Origin: Bacteroidia bacterium
Lineage (GTDB): Bacteria > Bacteroidota > Bacteroidia > CAILMK01 > JACPUW01
Direction: 5' to 3'
NCBI GenBank assembly: GCA_049115495.1
Contig: JAGDZV010000002.1
Location: 217,458 to 281,457 of the forward strand
Length of the DNA stretch: 64,000 nucleotides
A program made the translations under genes and the position numbers. The notes under the pieces were generated by a model, which saw only the letters and a list, made by a program, of their open reading frames with translations, ran no database searches and was not told the DNA's origin. Position 1 is the stretch's first letter; every line of letters starts with the position of its first letter. Shown piece by piece: positions 20,662 through 31,521 of the stretch.

Positions 20662-20901
20662 ATGTCTGACATTTCAGCTAAGGTAAAAGAAATCATTGTT
20701 GAGAAGTTAGGAGTTGACGAAAGCGAGGTAACTCCGGAAGCAAGCTTCACTAACGACTTAGGTGCTGACTCATTGGATACAGTAGAATTAATCATGGAGT
20801 TTGAGAAGGAATTCAATGTATCAATTCCTGACGAACAAGCTGAAAACATCCAATCTGTAGGAGAAGCAGTTAAATATCTAGAAAACGAATTAGCGAAGTA
20901 A
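20662..20901 (+). CDS. acpP: Acyl carrier protein
   Basis: [35 protein letters not shown].. with the phosphopantetheine Ser in DSLD. The track ORF starts upstream at 20602. Confidence 0.95.
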   Translation: MSDISAKVKEIIVEKLGVDESEVTPEASFTNDLGADSLDTVELIMEFEKEFNVSIPDEQAENIQSVGEAVKYLENELAK

Positions 20902-20920
20902 TTCAATAAATCCTTCGTTT

Positions 20921-22174
20921 ATGACATCAAGGCGAGTTGTAGTAACGGGCTTAGGAGCATTGACTCCAATAGGTAATGACGTAGAGACGTTTTGGAAAAA
21001 CTGCTTAGCAGGTAAAAGCGGTGCTGCCGAAATCACCAAATTCGATGCTTCTAAGTTCAAAACTCGCTTTGCATGTGAGGTAAAGGACTTTGATCTAGAA
21101 AGATATTTACCTAAGCGAGAGGCGAGAAGATTAGATCCATTTGTGCAATATGCAATTGCGGCTAGTGATGATGCCATTACTGATTCTGGCATAGATTTTA
21201 GCGCAATGGATGCACGCAGGGCAGGTGTGATTTGGGCCTCTGGTATCGGTGGATTATCTACCTTTTATGATGAAGTAACTGCATTTGCAAATGGTGATGG
21301 AACTCCCCGTTTCAACCCTTTCTTCATCCCAAAAATGATTATTGACCTTGCAGCAGGTCATATTTCAATGAGACATGGTTTGCAAGGTGTAAACTTTGCT
21401 ACTGTTTCAGCTTGTGCTTCATCTACACATGCCTTAGGTGAGGCGTTTAATTACATTCAAGCCAATAAGGCTGATGTAATTGTTACTGGTGGCTCTGAAG
21501 CTGCTATTACTCAACCAGGAATTGGTGGTTTTAATGCCATGAAAGCCTTATCTACTCGAAACGACACTCCAGAAACAGCATCAAGACCATTTGATGCCAC
21601 TAGAGATGGTTTTGTTATGGGTGAGGGTGGAATAGGATTACTGCTTGAAGAGTATGAGCATGCAAAGGCACGTGGTGCAAAAATTTATGCTGAGGTTGTA
21701 GGTTATGGAGTAACTGCCGATGCACATCACATTACCGCTCCGCACCCCGAAGGTGAAGGCGCAAAAGGTGTTATGCAAATGGCACTTGACTGCAATAGTA
21801 TTGACCCTAACAATATTGACTACATCAATGTACATGGTACATCAACTCCATTGGGCGATGTTGCTGAATTAAAGGCAATTACCAAAGTTTTTGGTGATCA
21901 TGCTTACGATTTAAATGTTAGTTCAACTAAATCAATGACCGGGCACTTACTTGGTGCTGCAGGAGCAATTGAAGCAATGGCCTGTATTTTGGCCGTTAAA
22001 GATGATGTAGTACCACCTACTATAAATCATGAAGTTGCTGATGAAAACATTGATCAAAAGTTGAATTTAACGCTGAATGTGAAGCAAGAGCGTAAGGTGA
22101 ATTATGCACTTAGTAACACTTTTGGTTTTGGTGGTCATAATGCATCAGTAATCGTTAAGAAGTTTGAAGAGTAA
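20921..22174 (+). CDS. fabF: Beta-ketoacyl-ACP synthase II
   Basis: 417 aa. Active-site ..SACASS.., ..HGTSTPLGD.., ..NTFGFGGHNASV... Confidence 0.95.
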   Translation: MTSRRVVVTGLGALTPIGNDVETFWKNCLAGKSGAAEITKFDASKFKTRFACEVKDFDLERYLPKREARRLDPFVQYAIAASDDAITDSGIDFSAMDARRAGVIWASGIGGLSTFYDEVTAFANGDGTPRFNPFFIPKMIIDLAAGHISMRHGLQGVNFATVSACASSTHALGEAFNYIQANKADVIVTGGSEAAITQPGIGGFNAMKALSTRNDTPETASRPFDATRDGFVMGEGGIGLLLEEYEHAKARGAKIYAEVVGYGVTADAHHITAPHPEGEGAKGVMQMALDCNSIDPNNIDYINVHGTSTPLGDVAELKAITKVFGDHAYDLNVSSTKSMTGHLLGAAGAIEAMACILAVKDDVVPPTINHEVADENIDQKLNLTLNVKQERKVNYALSNTFGFGGHNASVIVKKFEE

Positions 22175-22916
22175 GCTCTTAGCCAAACTTTTTCCTTCTC
22201 TTTTTACTAAAAAAGATCAGCAATACGGAGCAATTGTTGAGTTGATTGGTTACAAGCCAAAAAACTATTGGCTCTTTAAAACTGCGCTGAGACATAGTTC
22301 AGTAATTTATACCAAAAAGCTTGATCTTGAGTCTAATGAAAGACTTGAATTTTTGGGAGATGCCGTGCTTGATATGGTGGTTTCTGAGCGACTTTATGAA
22401 GATTTTCCAAATAAAAATGAAGGCGAGCTTACAAAACTTAGGGTTAAGCTGGTAAACCGTAACTTTCTAAATGATGTGAGCATAAGAATTGGAATTCCAA
22501 AGCTATTGCATCAATATGTAGGTAAAAAGAAAGATCTTACAAGACATAAACACAATATTTATGGAAATGCTCTAGAATCTTTGATAGGAGCAGTATACAT
22601 AGATGGAGGACTAAAAAAGGCTAGAGAGTTTGTAGAAACTAAAGTTTTTGTTGGAGAAGACGAATATGATTCAATTCTCTCAAAAGACAAAGATTACAAG
22701 AGCCGTTTGGTAAGTTGGTGTCAAAAAGAAAGTCTTCAAATTGAATTTATTGATGAGCTTTCTAAAAAAAGCAATGGTTTTGAAGTCATCGTAAAAATTG
22801 GAGATGTGTTTTATGGTAGAGGGGTAGGGCGGCGAAAAAAGCAGGCACACCAAAAAGCAGCAGAGACAACAATTGAGCTTTTAGAAAGCAAAGGGAGAGT
22901 TGTAGAAGAACTGTAG
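22164..22916 (+). CDS. rnc: Ribonuclease III
   Basis: RNase III signature ..NERLEFLGDAVLD.. plus a C-terminal dsRBD (..GRGVGRRKKQAHQKAAE..). Overlaps fabF by 11 nt. Confidence 0.9.
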   Translation: MKSKLLAKLFPSLFTKKDQQYGAIVELIGYKPKNYWLFKTALRHSSVIYTKKLDLESNERLEFLGDAVLDMVVSERLYEDFPNKNEGELTKLRVKLVNRNFLNDVSIRIGIPKLLHQYVGKKKDLTRHKHNIYGNALESLIGAVYIDGGLKKAREFVETKVFVGEDEYDSILSKDKDYKSRLVSWCQKESLQIEFIDELSKKSNGFEVIVKIGDVFYGRGVGRRKKQAHQKAAETTIELLESKGRVVEEL

Positions 22917-23009
22917 CCTTTTTTCCTTCTTTTTTATATTATGATGACTAAATATTAGCGTTTAAAAGGTCTGAATTGAGTATTTTCTAATGATCTTTAC
23001 TGCTTCAGT

Positions 23010-23041
23010 TTTTGATTTTAAGTTTTTTGTTCAAATCAAAA
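23010..23041. terminator. Hairpin between convergent rnc and the TonB-dependent receptor gene
   Basis: 9-bp stem ttttgattt/aaatcaaaa with a 14-nt loop. AT-only stem, so it is weak. Confidence 0.3.
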
Positions 23042-23085
23042 CATGTTGTCTTTCAAGGGGATAGTGGATTGAATTCTCAAGAGAA

Positions 23086-25386
23086 TCATATTTTCACATC
23101 AAGCCTTAAGCTAAAATTTCTTGGTGCTTCCATAAGACCTGGTCTTAAACTATATTGTTTATTAAAGGCATTATTAGCTAAAAAGCTAAATCTAAAATGC
23201 TGATTATGCCGGTAAGACAATCTAAAATTAGAAATAAAAACTCCTGCGTTGTTTTCTTCTCTAAAATCTTTTAGCCCTGGAACTACAAAGGCTTCAAAAA
23301 TGGCATCAACCGCCTGCATGTGGCTATAAAAATTGGCTGAGGTGCCCAATCCCCATTTTTTGTACTTGAACTCAATATCGTACTTAAAAGTGTGTTTGAA
23401 TCTATATTTCAATATATTTTGGCTGCTAGAAGAGTTATTGAAATTAATTTGGCCTTCACTAGTAGGCTCGGCAACCGGAATGGTGTCAAACTCGGCAAAT
23501 TTTGGATCTACATAATTATAACCCATCAAATGACTTACACTAAAGGCATTAGATTTTAGTTCTCCCATCCACGATAACTCAAAACCTTTAATTTGTGTGT
23601 TACCAATATTTACACTTTGAAAACCTGTAGTAGTAAGATCAATAAAGTTAAACTCCATCATATTTTGATACTGAGACAGATAAAAAGAAAGATCTAAGAA
23701 GCCCTTATACTTTTTAACTCCAATACCTTGCTTAATTCCTACTTCTGCACTCCAGCCAGTTTCTGATCGTAAGTTTACATTAGGACTTATTAAAATACCT
23801 CCAAACGTGGTTTTTATAAACTGTTCGGCAACGGTAGGGTAACGATAACCTTGTCCCCAACTAGCACGAATAAAAGTGTATTTGGCTGCTTGATAGTTTG
23901 TTCCAATTCTAAAAACAGGTCGAGCTTCTTGTTTTCTTCCATTTGGAATTGTGTCACAAATAGTTTCTCCAGTAAAGGGATTTTTTCTACAGTTAAAATA
24001 TTCGGGTGCTCTAAGTGTGTTGCTCTCGTAACGGGCTCCTATGGTTACTTTAAGCTTTTCATAAATTGACTGATCATACTGCAAATAAGCTGCAGAATTT
24101 GTGGTAGAGAAACTCGTATCTCCATATAATTCAGCGCTTATTGAATTCATTGTATTAACAAGCCCAGCTGAGACGTTACCGTTGAGCTTCGCTATTTTTC
24201 TATAAAACTGATATTCTGAATAGAAAAGCTGGGAGGCATTTGATCTTCCTGCATTGGTTTCATTATTTACAAAATGATACCGTGTGAGAATTCTATGGCG
24301 GTTATTAGAATTATCATAGAAAGTAAGCCTTGGATCAATATTAAACCTACTGGCCGCAACAGTACTAACGGTTCCATTTGACGGTACAAATAGGCTATCT
24401 AAGCTTTTCCAAAAGAAAAATTCGCTGTTATTGGCCAAATTGGCATTAAAATTAAAACCTAAACTCAGTCGTTCATTGGGTTTGTGGTTTACACTGCCGC
24501 TTAGTCTTTTATAGTCATCAGATGTGAATTTATTGAAGCTAATTAGATTTTTGCTAAACACACCTAGAACTAAGTCGGTCTTATTGATCTTTTGCTTGTG
24601 ATAAAGCCCAAACCCAAATTCGTTTGGAGTTTCATTTTTACCCCACCAAGCTTGGTTAAGTGGTTTAGAAAAACCAGTTGCGTAGGTAAAAAAGCCTGTT
24701 TCGGGTTCAGATTTTGCATAATCGGTTCTTAGGTGGATAATACCATTAAGCGCTGAAGATCCATATAAAGAAGAGCTTGCTCCTTTAAGTACTTCAATTT
24801 GGCCAACAAGTTCAATGGGTAGGTCATTCCACTGCGGAAAACCGGCATCAGCTTGCAGTATGGGAATACCATCAAGTAGCACAAGTACTCGGCTTCCTGC
24901 GCCATAGCTGTAGCCCGAGCCACCGCGAATGTTGGCTTGTCCATCAATTATTTCTACACCAGGTATACGCTTTAAAATAGCATCAGCTGTATTGGCATTA
25001 TTTCTTTTTATTAGATCAGGTTTAATTACATCAACGGTTATTGGGCTTTGAGCGGTGCTCACTTCGTATTTGCTTCCCGTTATTACCAATTCTCCAAGTA
25101 AAACATCATTTGCTTGGAGTTTATAAACAGTTTCTTTTTTTGGTTTACTGTTAAACTTAACTGTTCTAGTTTTATAAGAAATATGAGATATTTCTAATTG
25201 ATAAATGCCCGTTTTAAGCTCAAGCTTAGCCTCGCCCAAAATGTTGGTTACACCAATTCCTAAATTATTAAGAGCAATATGGCAACCAATAATTGGTTCG
25301 TTGCTTACTGAATCTACTATTTTTATTGTTTGTGCTTTGGCTATATAGCCTGTGCAAATAATAAAACTCAGAAAAAGTGCTCTCAT
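23086..25386 (-). CDS. TonB-dependent receptor with an N-terminal carboxypeptidase-regulatory-like domain
   Basis: 766 aa. Signal peptide, a CarboxypepD_reg-like N-terminus, a plug (..ILKRIPGVEI..NIRGG..VLLDGIP..), and a C-terminal barrel ending ..FSLRLDVKI. Confidence 0.88.
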   Translation of the reverse strand: MRALFLSFIICTGYIAKAQTIKIVDSVSNEPIIGCHIALNNLGIGVTNILGEAKLELKTGIYQLEISHISYKTRTVKFNSKPKKETVYKLQANDVLLGELVITGSKYEVSTAQSPITVDVIKPDLIKRNNANTADAILKRIPGVEIIDGQANIRGGSGYSYGAGSRVLVLLDGIPILQADAGFPQWNDLPIELVGQIEVLKGASSSLYGSSALNGIIHLRTDYAKSEPETGFFTYATGFSKPLNQAWWGKNETPNEFGFGLYHKQKINKTDLVLGVFSKNLISFNKFTSDDYKRLSGSVNHKPNERLSLGFNFNANLANNSEFFFWKSLDSLFVPSNGTVSTVAASRFNIDPRLTFYDNSNNRHRILTRYHFVNNETNAGRSNASQLFYSEYQFYRKIAKLNGNVSAGLVNTMNSISAELYGDTSFSTTNSAAYLQYDQSIYEKLKVTIGARYESNTLRAPEYFNCRKNPFTGETICDTIPNGRKQEARPVFRIGTNYQAAKYTFIRASWGQGYRYPTVAEQFIKTTFGGILISPNVNLRSETGWSAEVGIKQGIGVKKYKGFLDLSFYLSQYQNMMEFNFIDLTTTGFQSVNIGNTQIKGFELSWMGELKSNAFSVSHLMGYNYVDPKFAEFDTIPVAEPTSEGQINFNNSSSSQNILKYRFKHTFKYDIEFKYKKWGLGTSANFYSHMQAVDAIFEAFVVPGLKDFREENNAGVFISNFRLSYRHNQHFRFSFLANNAFNKQYSLRPGLMEAPRNFSLRLDVKI

Positions 25387-25451
25387 AGTCCATCAAATTT
25401 ATATGAGCATTCATAAGTTTCATTTACATTTCACACTTTAAATTAAAATTC

Positions 25452-26237
25452 ATGAAAGCCGTTTCATTCTTAGGTTTAATCATATTGTTAAGTGGCTCGG
25501 TAGCACTTGCTCAAGATTGCGAACCAAATGACACTATTCCAGATTCATTATTGGGGGTTTTTCCTATGCCTTACGATCCTGTAGAAAGTCCGCAAGGAGG
25601 AATAAAGGATACTGCTTGTATTGGATTTGAATACAACTTTGTGTTTACCACCGTTGTAGGCGATTCATTTACTTTAGGCCAAACAACATTGCCGTTAGAT
25701 TCATTATGGCTAAGTACTGAAACTGCCGTTGAAAATTTGCCAGAAGGTTTAGAGTATGCTTGTAATCCCCCAACTTGTGTTTTTGAGAAAAATTCGAAAG
25801 GTTGTGTAATAATTTATGGAACACCAAAGCAAGGCACCGAAGGGATTCACAAAATGAAATTATCGGGCAAGCTTTACGCCGATGGTAATGCATTTGGCTT
25901 ACCATTGAGTTTCCCTGATCCAAATATTGCACCAGGGGAATACACCATTGTGGTGGCCACTAAAAATGAGTCTCCTTGTAGGCAGCTAAGTGTAAGAGGT
26001 TTTGTACCTGAAATATTTGCTGTATTTCCAAATCCAGCGACTAACCAAATTAATATAACTACTGAAGAAGCCGGAAACATAGCAATGATTGATGCACTTG
26101 GCAAGGTAGTGGTTAAAGAAAAAATTCTAAAAGGGGAGAATGTATTTGAAGTAGGTGAGGTTCCATCAGGATTTTATAAACTAGTAATGACTTCAAACTC
26201 TCATAAAATCGCGGTACGAAAAGTATTGATTGAATAG
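25452..26237 (+). CDS. Secreted protein with a T9SS C-terminal sorting domain
   Basis: Signal peptide. The C-terminus ..FPNPATNQINITT..GKVV..L..GFYKLVMTS..KVLIE is type A CTD-like. Confidence 0.7.
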   Translation: MKAVSFLGLIILLSGSVALAQDCEPNDTIPDSLLGVFPMPYDPVESPQGGIKDTACIGFEYNFVFTTVVGDSFTLGQTTLPLDSLWLSTETAVENLPEGLEYACNPPTCVFEKNSKGCVIIYGTPKQGTEGIHKMKLSGKLYADGNAFGLPLSFPDPNIAPGEYTIVVATKNESPCRQLSVRGFVPEIFAVFPNPATNQINITTEEAGNIAMIDALGKVVVKEKILKGENVFEVGEVPSGFYKLVMTSNSHKIAVRKVLIE

Positions 26238-26242
26238 AAAAC

Positions 26243-27475
26243 CTATTCTACGCTTAAAGAAGGTATGTTTAAGGTGAAAGTAGTGCCCTTGTCAATTGCA
26301 CTTTCAACGTCAATTTTAACATTTATCTTATCAGCATAGCTTTTTGCAAGATTTAACCCTAAGCCAAAACCTAACTCGCCTTTAGTGCCGTTTGTGAGTC
26401 CGTTTTGCATGCTAAACAAACTTTTTTGCTGTTCTTGGGTCATTCCGTGGCCATTATCATTAATAGAGAAAATGATGTTTTTACCTTCATTACCACATTT
26501 CAACACAATTTTTCCGTTTTGCTTTGGCGTAAATTTTATGGCGTTGGATATAATGTTTCTAATAATAAGTCTAAGCATTTCAGCATCGGTTTCTAATCTT
26601 AATGATTTCTCAATGCCGCACATATAAACCACATCAATCCCTTTTTCTTCTATTTGGTGGCTATATTGTTCAATTGTGGCTTCCGCAAAGTCAACAAACT
26701 TTAAAGGTTCAATATTTGGTTCGGCTGAGCTTAATTGATTTTTGATCCAAAGCAATGTATTATCTAACATGTATGAAGTTTTGTCAACTTCAGTTGAAAG
26801 TGTTCTCAAAAGCTCTTTGAATTCTTCTTTTGTTATGTCATCATTGTCAAATAGATCAATTACACCTTTTATTGAATTCATTGGTGATCGTAAATCATGA
26901 CTCACTACTGATATCAGCTTTTCTTTTATGGCATTATTGCTTTCTAAATGCTGTCTATATTCTTCGTGAGTGTTTCTGAAATAATAAGAAACAACATATA
27001 TGAGAAATAATGCTGCAAATTGGTTGGTAAAATGAAGCATGTTTTCTAAAGAAGTAAATTCAGAGAATTTCCCTTTTGAGAAAAGTAGAAACTCAGCAAA
27101 GAGGAATAGAATGGCCACAAATATCCATATCAACTCATTCCAATACTTTTTTCTTTTTGTGAGAAAACTTAAAGCAATGGCCCCTGGAATAATGTAAAAG
27201 TGCGAAGAGATATTGCCAAAGAACATTACATAAAGCACCATTAGTACGGGCACACCAATAAAGAATACCCACATAGATATATTGTACCATCTTTTTACAT
27301 AGGCAAAAAAGCTAATGGCACAAATTGCAGCAGTAATAAGATTAAAAATGGAGTAACTATAGTGCTTTAGCGGCAGAGTGATTACTGAAAGTAAAAGGCA
27401 AACCACAACGCCTCCTAAACTAATAGCCTTAAAAAGTCTTTTATCTAGCCTATCAGCAAACGTAATAGGGTTCAT
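26243..27475 (-). CDS. Membrane sensor histidine kinase (multi-TM N-terminus)
   Basis: H-box ..VVSHDLRSPMNSIKG.., N-box ..ISNAIKFTP.., ..DNGHGM.., ..GFGLGLNLA... No adjacent response regulator. Confidence 0.8.
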   Translation of the reverse strand: MNPITFADRLDKRLFKAISLGGVVVCLLLSVITLPLKHYSYSIFNLITAAICAISFFAYVKRWYNISMWVFFIGVPVLMVLYVMFFGNISSHFYIIPGAIALSFLTKRKKYWNELIWIFVAILFLFAEFLLFSKGKFSEFTSLENMLHFTNQFAALFLIYVVSYYFRNTHEEYRQHLESNNAIKEKLISVVSHDLRSPMNSIKGVIDLFDNDDITKEEFKELLRTLSTEVDKTSYMLDNTLLWIKNQLSSAEPNIEPLKFVDFAEATIEQYSHQIEEKGIDVVYMCGIEKSLRLETDAEMLRLIIRNIISNAIKFTPKQNGKIVLKCGNEGKNIIFSINDNGHGMTQEQQKSLFSMQNGLTNGTKGELGFGLGLNLAKSYADKINVKIDVESAIDKGTTFTLNIPSLSVE

Positions 27476-27523
27476 TCTTCTTTTTGAATCATTCTAAAAA
27501 AAAAGGGCGGTCGTTGTTAACGA

Positions 27524-28507
27524 CTAATTACCCTTAAGAAGCTCTTTTATTCCGCCAACCGAGCTTAAGATTCCTGATGCTTCATAAGGCATATAAACTG
27601 TTTTGTTGTCTTTGCCTGTTGTCATTTCTTTGAGTGCATCAATGTATTTTACGGCTACTAGATAGTTTACGGGGTCACCGTTCTTATCTACTACGGCTTC
27701 AGCAATTTGTTGAATAGCTTCTTTTTCTGCTTCGGCCACGAGTTTAAGTGCTTGGGCTTTACCTTCAGCTTCAAGAATTTTTGCTTGACGCTCACCTTCA
27801 GCCTTGTTTATTTCAGATTCCTTAAAACCTTCAGCTTCAAGAATTTTTGCTCGTTTCATACCTTCCGCTTCAAGAATTGCGGCACGTCTGTCACGCTCGG
27901 CTCTCATTTGCTTTTCCATAGCATTTCTAATGTCGGCCGGGGGATTAATGTCTTGAATTTCAACACGATTTACTTTAACACCCCATTTGTTGGTAGCTTC
28001 ATCAAGAATCAATCTTAATTTAGAGTTAATGGTATCACGAGATACCAAAGATTCGTCAAGTTCAAGCTCACCAATTACATTTCTAAGCGTAGTTTGAGTA
28101 AGTTTTTCAATTGCATCTGGCAAATTGTTAATCTCATAAACGGCTTTCAAAGGGTCTACAATTTGAAAGTAAATCATGGCGTTAATTTCTACGCCAACGT
28201 TATCTTTAGTAATTACATTCTGTCTAGGGAAATCATAAACGGTTTCTCTTAAATCAATGCGCTTTATTGTTTTGAATCTTGAGTATTTTCTACCATCCAT
28301 TCCTTGCACAACATAGCGCCAGTTCATGTCTCTGGCTTTATCAAAAAATGGAATAATAATATTTATACCAGAGGTTAAAGTTCTGTTGTACTTACCTAGT
28401 CTTTCTATTAGCATGGTTTCTGATTGCTGAACAATTTTGAAACCAGAAATTGCGAAAATGACAATTAAAATGGCAAAGAGGCCAACTACGAGTGTAAATC
28501 CGGTCAT
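27524..28507 (-). CDS. SPFH / band 7 (stomatin-like) protein
   Basis: N-terminal TM plus an SPFH core (..YEINNLPDAIEKLTQTTLRNVIGELELDE..) and a coiled-coil region with AEG repeats. Confidence 0.88.
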   Translation of the reverse strand: MTGFTLVVGLFAILIVIFAISGFKIVQQSETMLIERLGKYNRTLTSGINIIIPFFDKARDMNWRYVVQGMDGRKYSRFKTIKRIDLRETVYDFPRQNVITKDNVGVEINAMIYFQIVDPLKAVYEINNLPDAIEKLTQTTLRNVIGELELDESLVSRDTINSKLRLILDEATNKWGVKVNRVEIQDINPPADIRNAMEKQMRAERDRRAAILEAEGMKRAKILEAEGFKESEINKAEGERQAKILEAEGKAQALKLVAEAEKEAIQQIAEAVVDKNGDPVNYLVAVKYIDALKEMTTGKDNKTVYMPYEASGILSSVGGIKELLKGN

Positions 28508-28525
28508 GTGATTGGTTTTATGCGG

Positions 28526-28981
28526 TTATAATTTTTTTACTGTAACTATGATACTATCCCTTGACAAAATCTCTACTTGGCTATTAAGCTCTATGACTTC
28601 ATTATTGCTTGAAACGGCTTTCCATTGATCACCATCTACTGCCACATAGCCAGTACCCTTAGCGCTATTTATTTCTTCTACAACTTTACCCTTTTTACCA
28701 ACTAAACTGTCGGCATTGGTTTTTACTTTATCGGCGTTTTGATATCCAATTTTTAAAATAAATGGCCTAATAAGGAAGAAAGATGCCGCTGTACCAACTG
28801 AAAAGAAAATCAATTGTATGGTGTAACTTAGCTCAAGTGCCGAAGCCAAACCGCCAAATAGAAAGCCAATTCCTAAACAGGCTGCAACAAATGCGGGTGT
28901 AAAAATCTCGATTATAAAAAATAATACACCCAAGAGTATCCAAATGTGCCATTCTTCTAATGGTATGCCAAATAATTCCAT
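28526..28981 (-). CDS. NfeD family membrane protein
   Basis: Three TM helices plus a C-terminal OB-like ..GKKGKVVEEI..GYVAVDGDQWKAVS... Sits directly upstream of the SPFH gene, the classic NfeD-SPFH pairing. Confidence 0.8.
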   Translation of the reverse strand: MELFGIPLEEWHIWILLGVLFFIIEIFTPAFVAACLGIGFLFGGLASALELSYTIQLIFFSVGTAASFFLIRPFILKIGYQNADKVKTNADSLVGKKGKVVEEINSAKGTGYVAVDGDQWKAVSSNNEVIELNSQVEILSRDSIIVTVKKL

Positions 28982-29014
28982 TGATTGAAACCTTTAAGTA
29001 TCAACCAAAAATAG

Positions 29015-29761
29015 TTATTCAGCTTGATTAAAGGTCTTTCTTTTCAATTCAAAGTTTTGGCCTAAATATACTTTGCGCACCACTGGGTCAGCAGCTAAGT
29101 GTTCTGCTGTTCCTGCATTAAGAATTTTGCCTTCAAATAATAAGTAAGCCCTATCGGTTATAGACAATGTCTCTTGAACATTGTGATCAGTAATGAGTAT
29201 TCCTATGTTTTTATACTTAAGTGTTGCCACAATGCTTTGAATGTCTTCAACGGCAATTGGGTCAACCCCAGCAAAGGGTTCATCAAGCAAAATAAAGTTC
29301 GGACTTACCGCCAAAGCTCTTGCAATTTCTGTTCTTCTTCGTTCTCCTCCCGATAGCAAATCGCCTCTATTTTTTCTCACCTTGTTTAGCCTGAACTCAT
29401 CAATTAGCGATTCCATTTTCATTTGCTGCTCCTTTCGGCTAAGCTTAGTCATTTGTAAAACCGCCTTTATGTTGTCTTCAACGCTTAGTTTTCTAAAAAC
29501 TGAAGGCTCTTGTGGTAAATAACCAATACCCATTTTTCCCCTTCGGTACATGGCTTGGTTGGTTATATCTTTATTGTCAAGGTAAATTGAACCACCATTT
29601 GGTTTTACAAAACCCACAATCATGTAAAAACTTGTGGTTTTGCCTGCTCCATTAGGGCCTAATAAGCCAACAATTTCACCTTGGTTTACTTCAACCGATA
29701 CTTTGTCAACAACTCGACGTTTTCCGTATTGTTTTATAAGGTTTTCAGCTCTAAGCTTCAT
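29015..29761 (-). CDS. lptB: LPS export ABC transporter ATP-binding protein
   Basis: Walker [10 protein letters not shown], signature LSGGERRR, Walker B ILLDEP, and an LptB-like length and C-terminus. Confidence 0.88.
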   Translation of the reverse strand: MKLRAENLIKQYGKRRVVDKVSVEVNQGEIVGLLGPNGAGKTTSFYMIVGFVKPNGGSIYLDNKDITNQAMYRRGKMGIGYLPQEPSVFRKLSVEDNIKAVLQMTKLSRKEQQMKMESLIDEFRLNKVRKNRGDLLSGGERRRTEIARALAVSPNFILLDEPFAGVDPIAVEDIQSIVATLKYKNIGILITDHNVQETLSITDRAYLLFEGKILNAGTAEHLAADPVVRKVYLGQNFELKRKTFNQAE

Positions 29762-31454
29762 TTGTTATTGGCTTTAGGTCTTTAATGTTTAGTTGCAAAA
29801 AGCGGTTGCCTTGCCACTCATTGGGTTCAATAGTGTAGCAAAGATTTGCTACAAGATGCTTTTTTAAAGGGGCAAACAAGGTTGCGAAGTTAAATGCAAT
29901 GCAGTCTATGTTGCCTGTAGGATTGTTAATTGAAAACTTTAGATGTTTTTCTCCAATAATTTTTGGATTAAACAACCTCACATTGGTGCTTACAAAAGTT
30001 GGTCGCATATTTTTAGGGCCAAAAGGGCCCATTCTTTCAAGCGTATTGTACATACTCCAATTTATACTGGTAGTGCTAATTTCTGCATCATACCACTGTT
30101 TTGGGGTTAATTGCTCTGGTTCAATAGTGCTTCTAACTACGTCGTCAAAAATGGTTTTAAAGTCTTCAATTTTATCAATAGCAATGGTTAGGCCAGCCGC
30201 CGCCTTGTGTCCGCCAAATTTTTCAAATAAGAACGAACATTCATTTAACGCATTGTAAAGGTTATAGCCATCAACTGTTCTGGCAGATCCTACAGCAAAG
30301 CCTTTGTCAGATTTTGTAAGCACCACTGTTGGCTTATAAAACGTTTCAACTAATTTACTTGCCACAATACCAACTACACCTTTATGCCATCCTTCACCAA
30401 AAACAACTGTGCTCACGCTTTTTTCTGAAAGATTATCTGACTTAACTTGTTCAATGGCCTCATTTACAATTTCTTGTTCCAAGCCTCGTCTTGATATATT
30501 TAGGTCGTTAATTCGCTGGCCAATTTCTTCAATTTCGTCGGCTTCAGTACCAATAAGCAGCTCAACAGCTTTGGTGGCATGGTCTAATCTTCCGGCAGCA
30601 TTTATTCTTGGGCCAAGTTTAAATACAACGTCAGTAATATTATAAGTTTTGTTGTAGCCGGCTACTTTTTTTAATTGTTCAATACCTGCAATGGCTTGTT
30701 CATTCAGTTTTTTAAGACCAAAATGAGCAAGAACTCGGTTTTCGCCTGTAATAGGCACAATATCAGAAGCAATGCTAACAGCCACAAGGTCTAAAAATTG
30801 AAAAGGGTTCTTTTTAAATCCTTTAGAAAACATAGCGCTGCATAGCTTAAAGGTTATTCCGCAACCGCTAAGTTCCTTATAAGGGTACATGCAATCTTCC
30901 CTTTTGGGGTCAAGTACTGCAATGGCATTAGGAAGAGTTTCGCCCGGAGTGTGATGGTCGCAAATAATAAAGTCAATGCCCTTGTTTTTTGCGTAATCAA
31001 CTTTTTCAACGGCTCTTATGCCACAATCCATGGCAATAATTAGCTTGTATTCATTCTCAGCTGCATAGTCTATGCCTTGGTTAGAAATGCCGTAACCTTC
31101 TTTATGTCTGTCTGGTATGTAATAACCGGTATTATTATAAATATCTTTAAAGAATAAAACCATTAGCGCAACTGATGTAGTACCATCTACATCATAATCT
31201 CCATAAAAAAGGATTTTTTGGTTTTGCTTTATGGCTTGAGAAATACGGTCAATCGCTTTATCCATATCTTTCATTAGAAAAGGCCCAATAAGCTGTGTGT
31301 GGTCTGGATTGAAATATTTTTTTGCAATTTCAAAATCGGTTAAACCACGTTGGGCCATTAAATTAGCCAATACACTACTAATGCCAATTCTATCCATTAG
31401 CATTTGCACCAAGCCTTCATCAGGAATGTTTCGGCGAAGCCATTGTTTCTCCAT
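29751..31454 (-). CDS. recJ: Single-stranded-DNA-specific exonuclease RecJ
   Basis: DHH motifs (..[12 protein letters not shown].., ..IICDHH..) and DHHA1 (..GGHKAAAG..). ATG at 31454 (MEKQWL..) is preferred over the track's GTG at 31478. Confidence 0.9.
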   Translation of the reverse strand: MEKQWLRRNIPDEGLVQMLMDRIGISSVLANLMAQRGLTDFEIAKKYFNPDHTQLIGPFLMKDMDKAIDRISQAIKQNQKILFYGDYDVDGTTSVALMVLFFKDIYNNTGYYIPDRHKEGYGISNQGIDYAAENEYKLIIAMDCGIRAVEKVDYAKNKGIDFIICDHHTPGETLPNAIAVLDPKREDCMYPYKELSGCGITFKLCSAMFSKGFKKNPFQFLDLVAVSIASDIVPITGENRVLAHFGLKKLNEQAIAGIEQLKKVAGYNKTYNITDVVFKLGPRINAAGRLDHATKAVELLIGTEADEIEEIGQRINDLNISRRGLEQEIVNEAIEQVKSDNLSEKSVSTVVFGEGWHKGVVGIVASKLVETFYKPTVVLTKSDKGFAVGSARTVDGYNLYNALNECSFLFEKFGGHKAAAGLTIAIDKIEDFKTIFDDVVRSTIEPEQLTPKQWYDAEISTTSINWSMYNTLERMGPFGPKNMRPTFVSTNVRLFNPKIIGEKHLKFSINNPTGNIDCIAFNFATLFAPLKKHLVANLCYTIEPNEWQGNRFLQLNIKDLKPITNEA

Positions 31455-31521
31455 GAAGCGAAAATAAAGCTGCAACACTTATCTCTTAAATTACCTTTGC
31501 CAAAAACACAAATAGACCTTA

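Noticed and set aside
20589-21192. Minus-strand ORFs 20589-20906 and 20890-21192
   Set aside because: They lie antisense to acpP and fabF, which are unmistakable.
23012-23203. 63-aa plus-strand ORF at the 3' end of the TonB-dependent receptor
   Set aside because: It overlaps the receptor's conserved C-terminal barrel strands on the opposite strand and has no supporting motif.
27707-28018. 103-aa plus-strand ORF inside the SPFH gene
   Set aside because: It lies antisense to a well-supported band-7 CDS. The repetitive FKNF pattern mirrors the AEG coiled-coil repeats.
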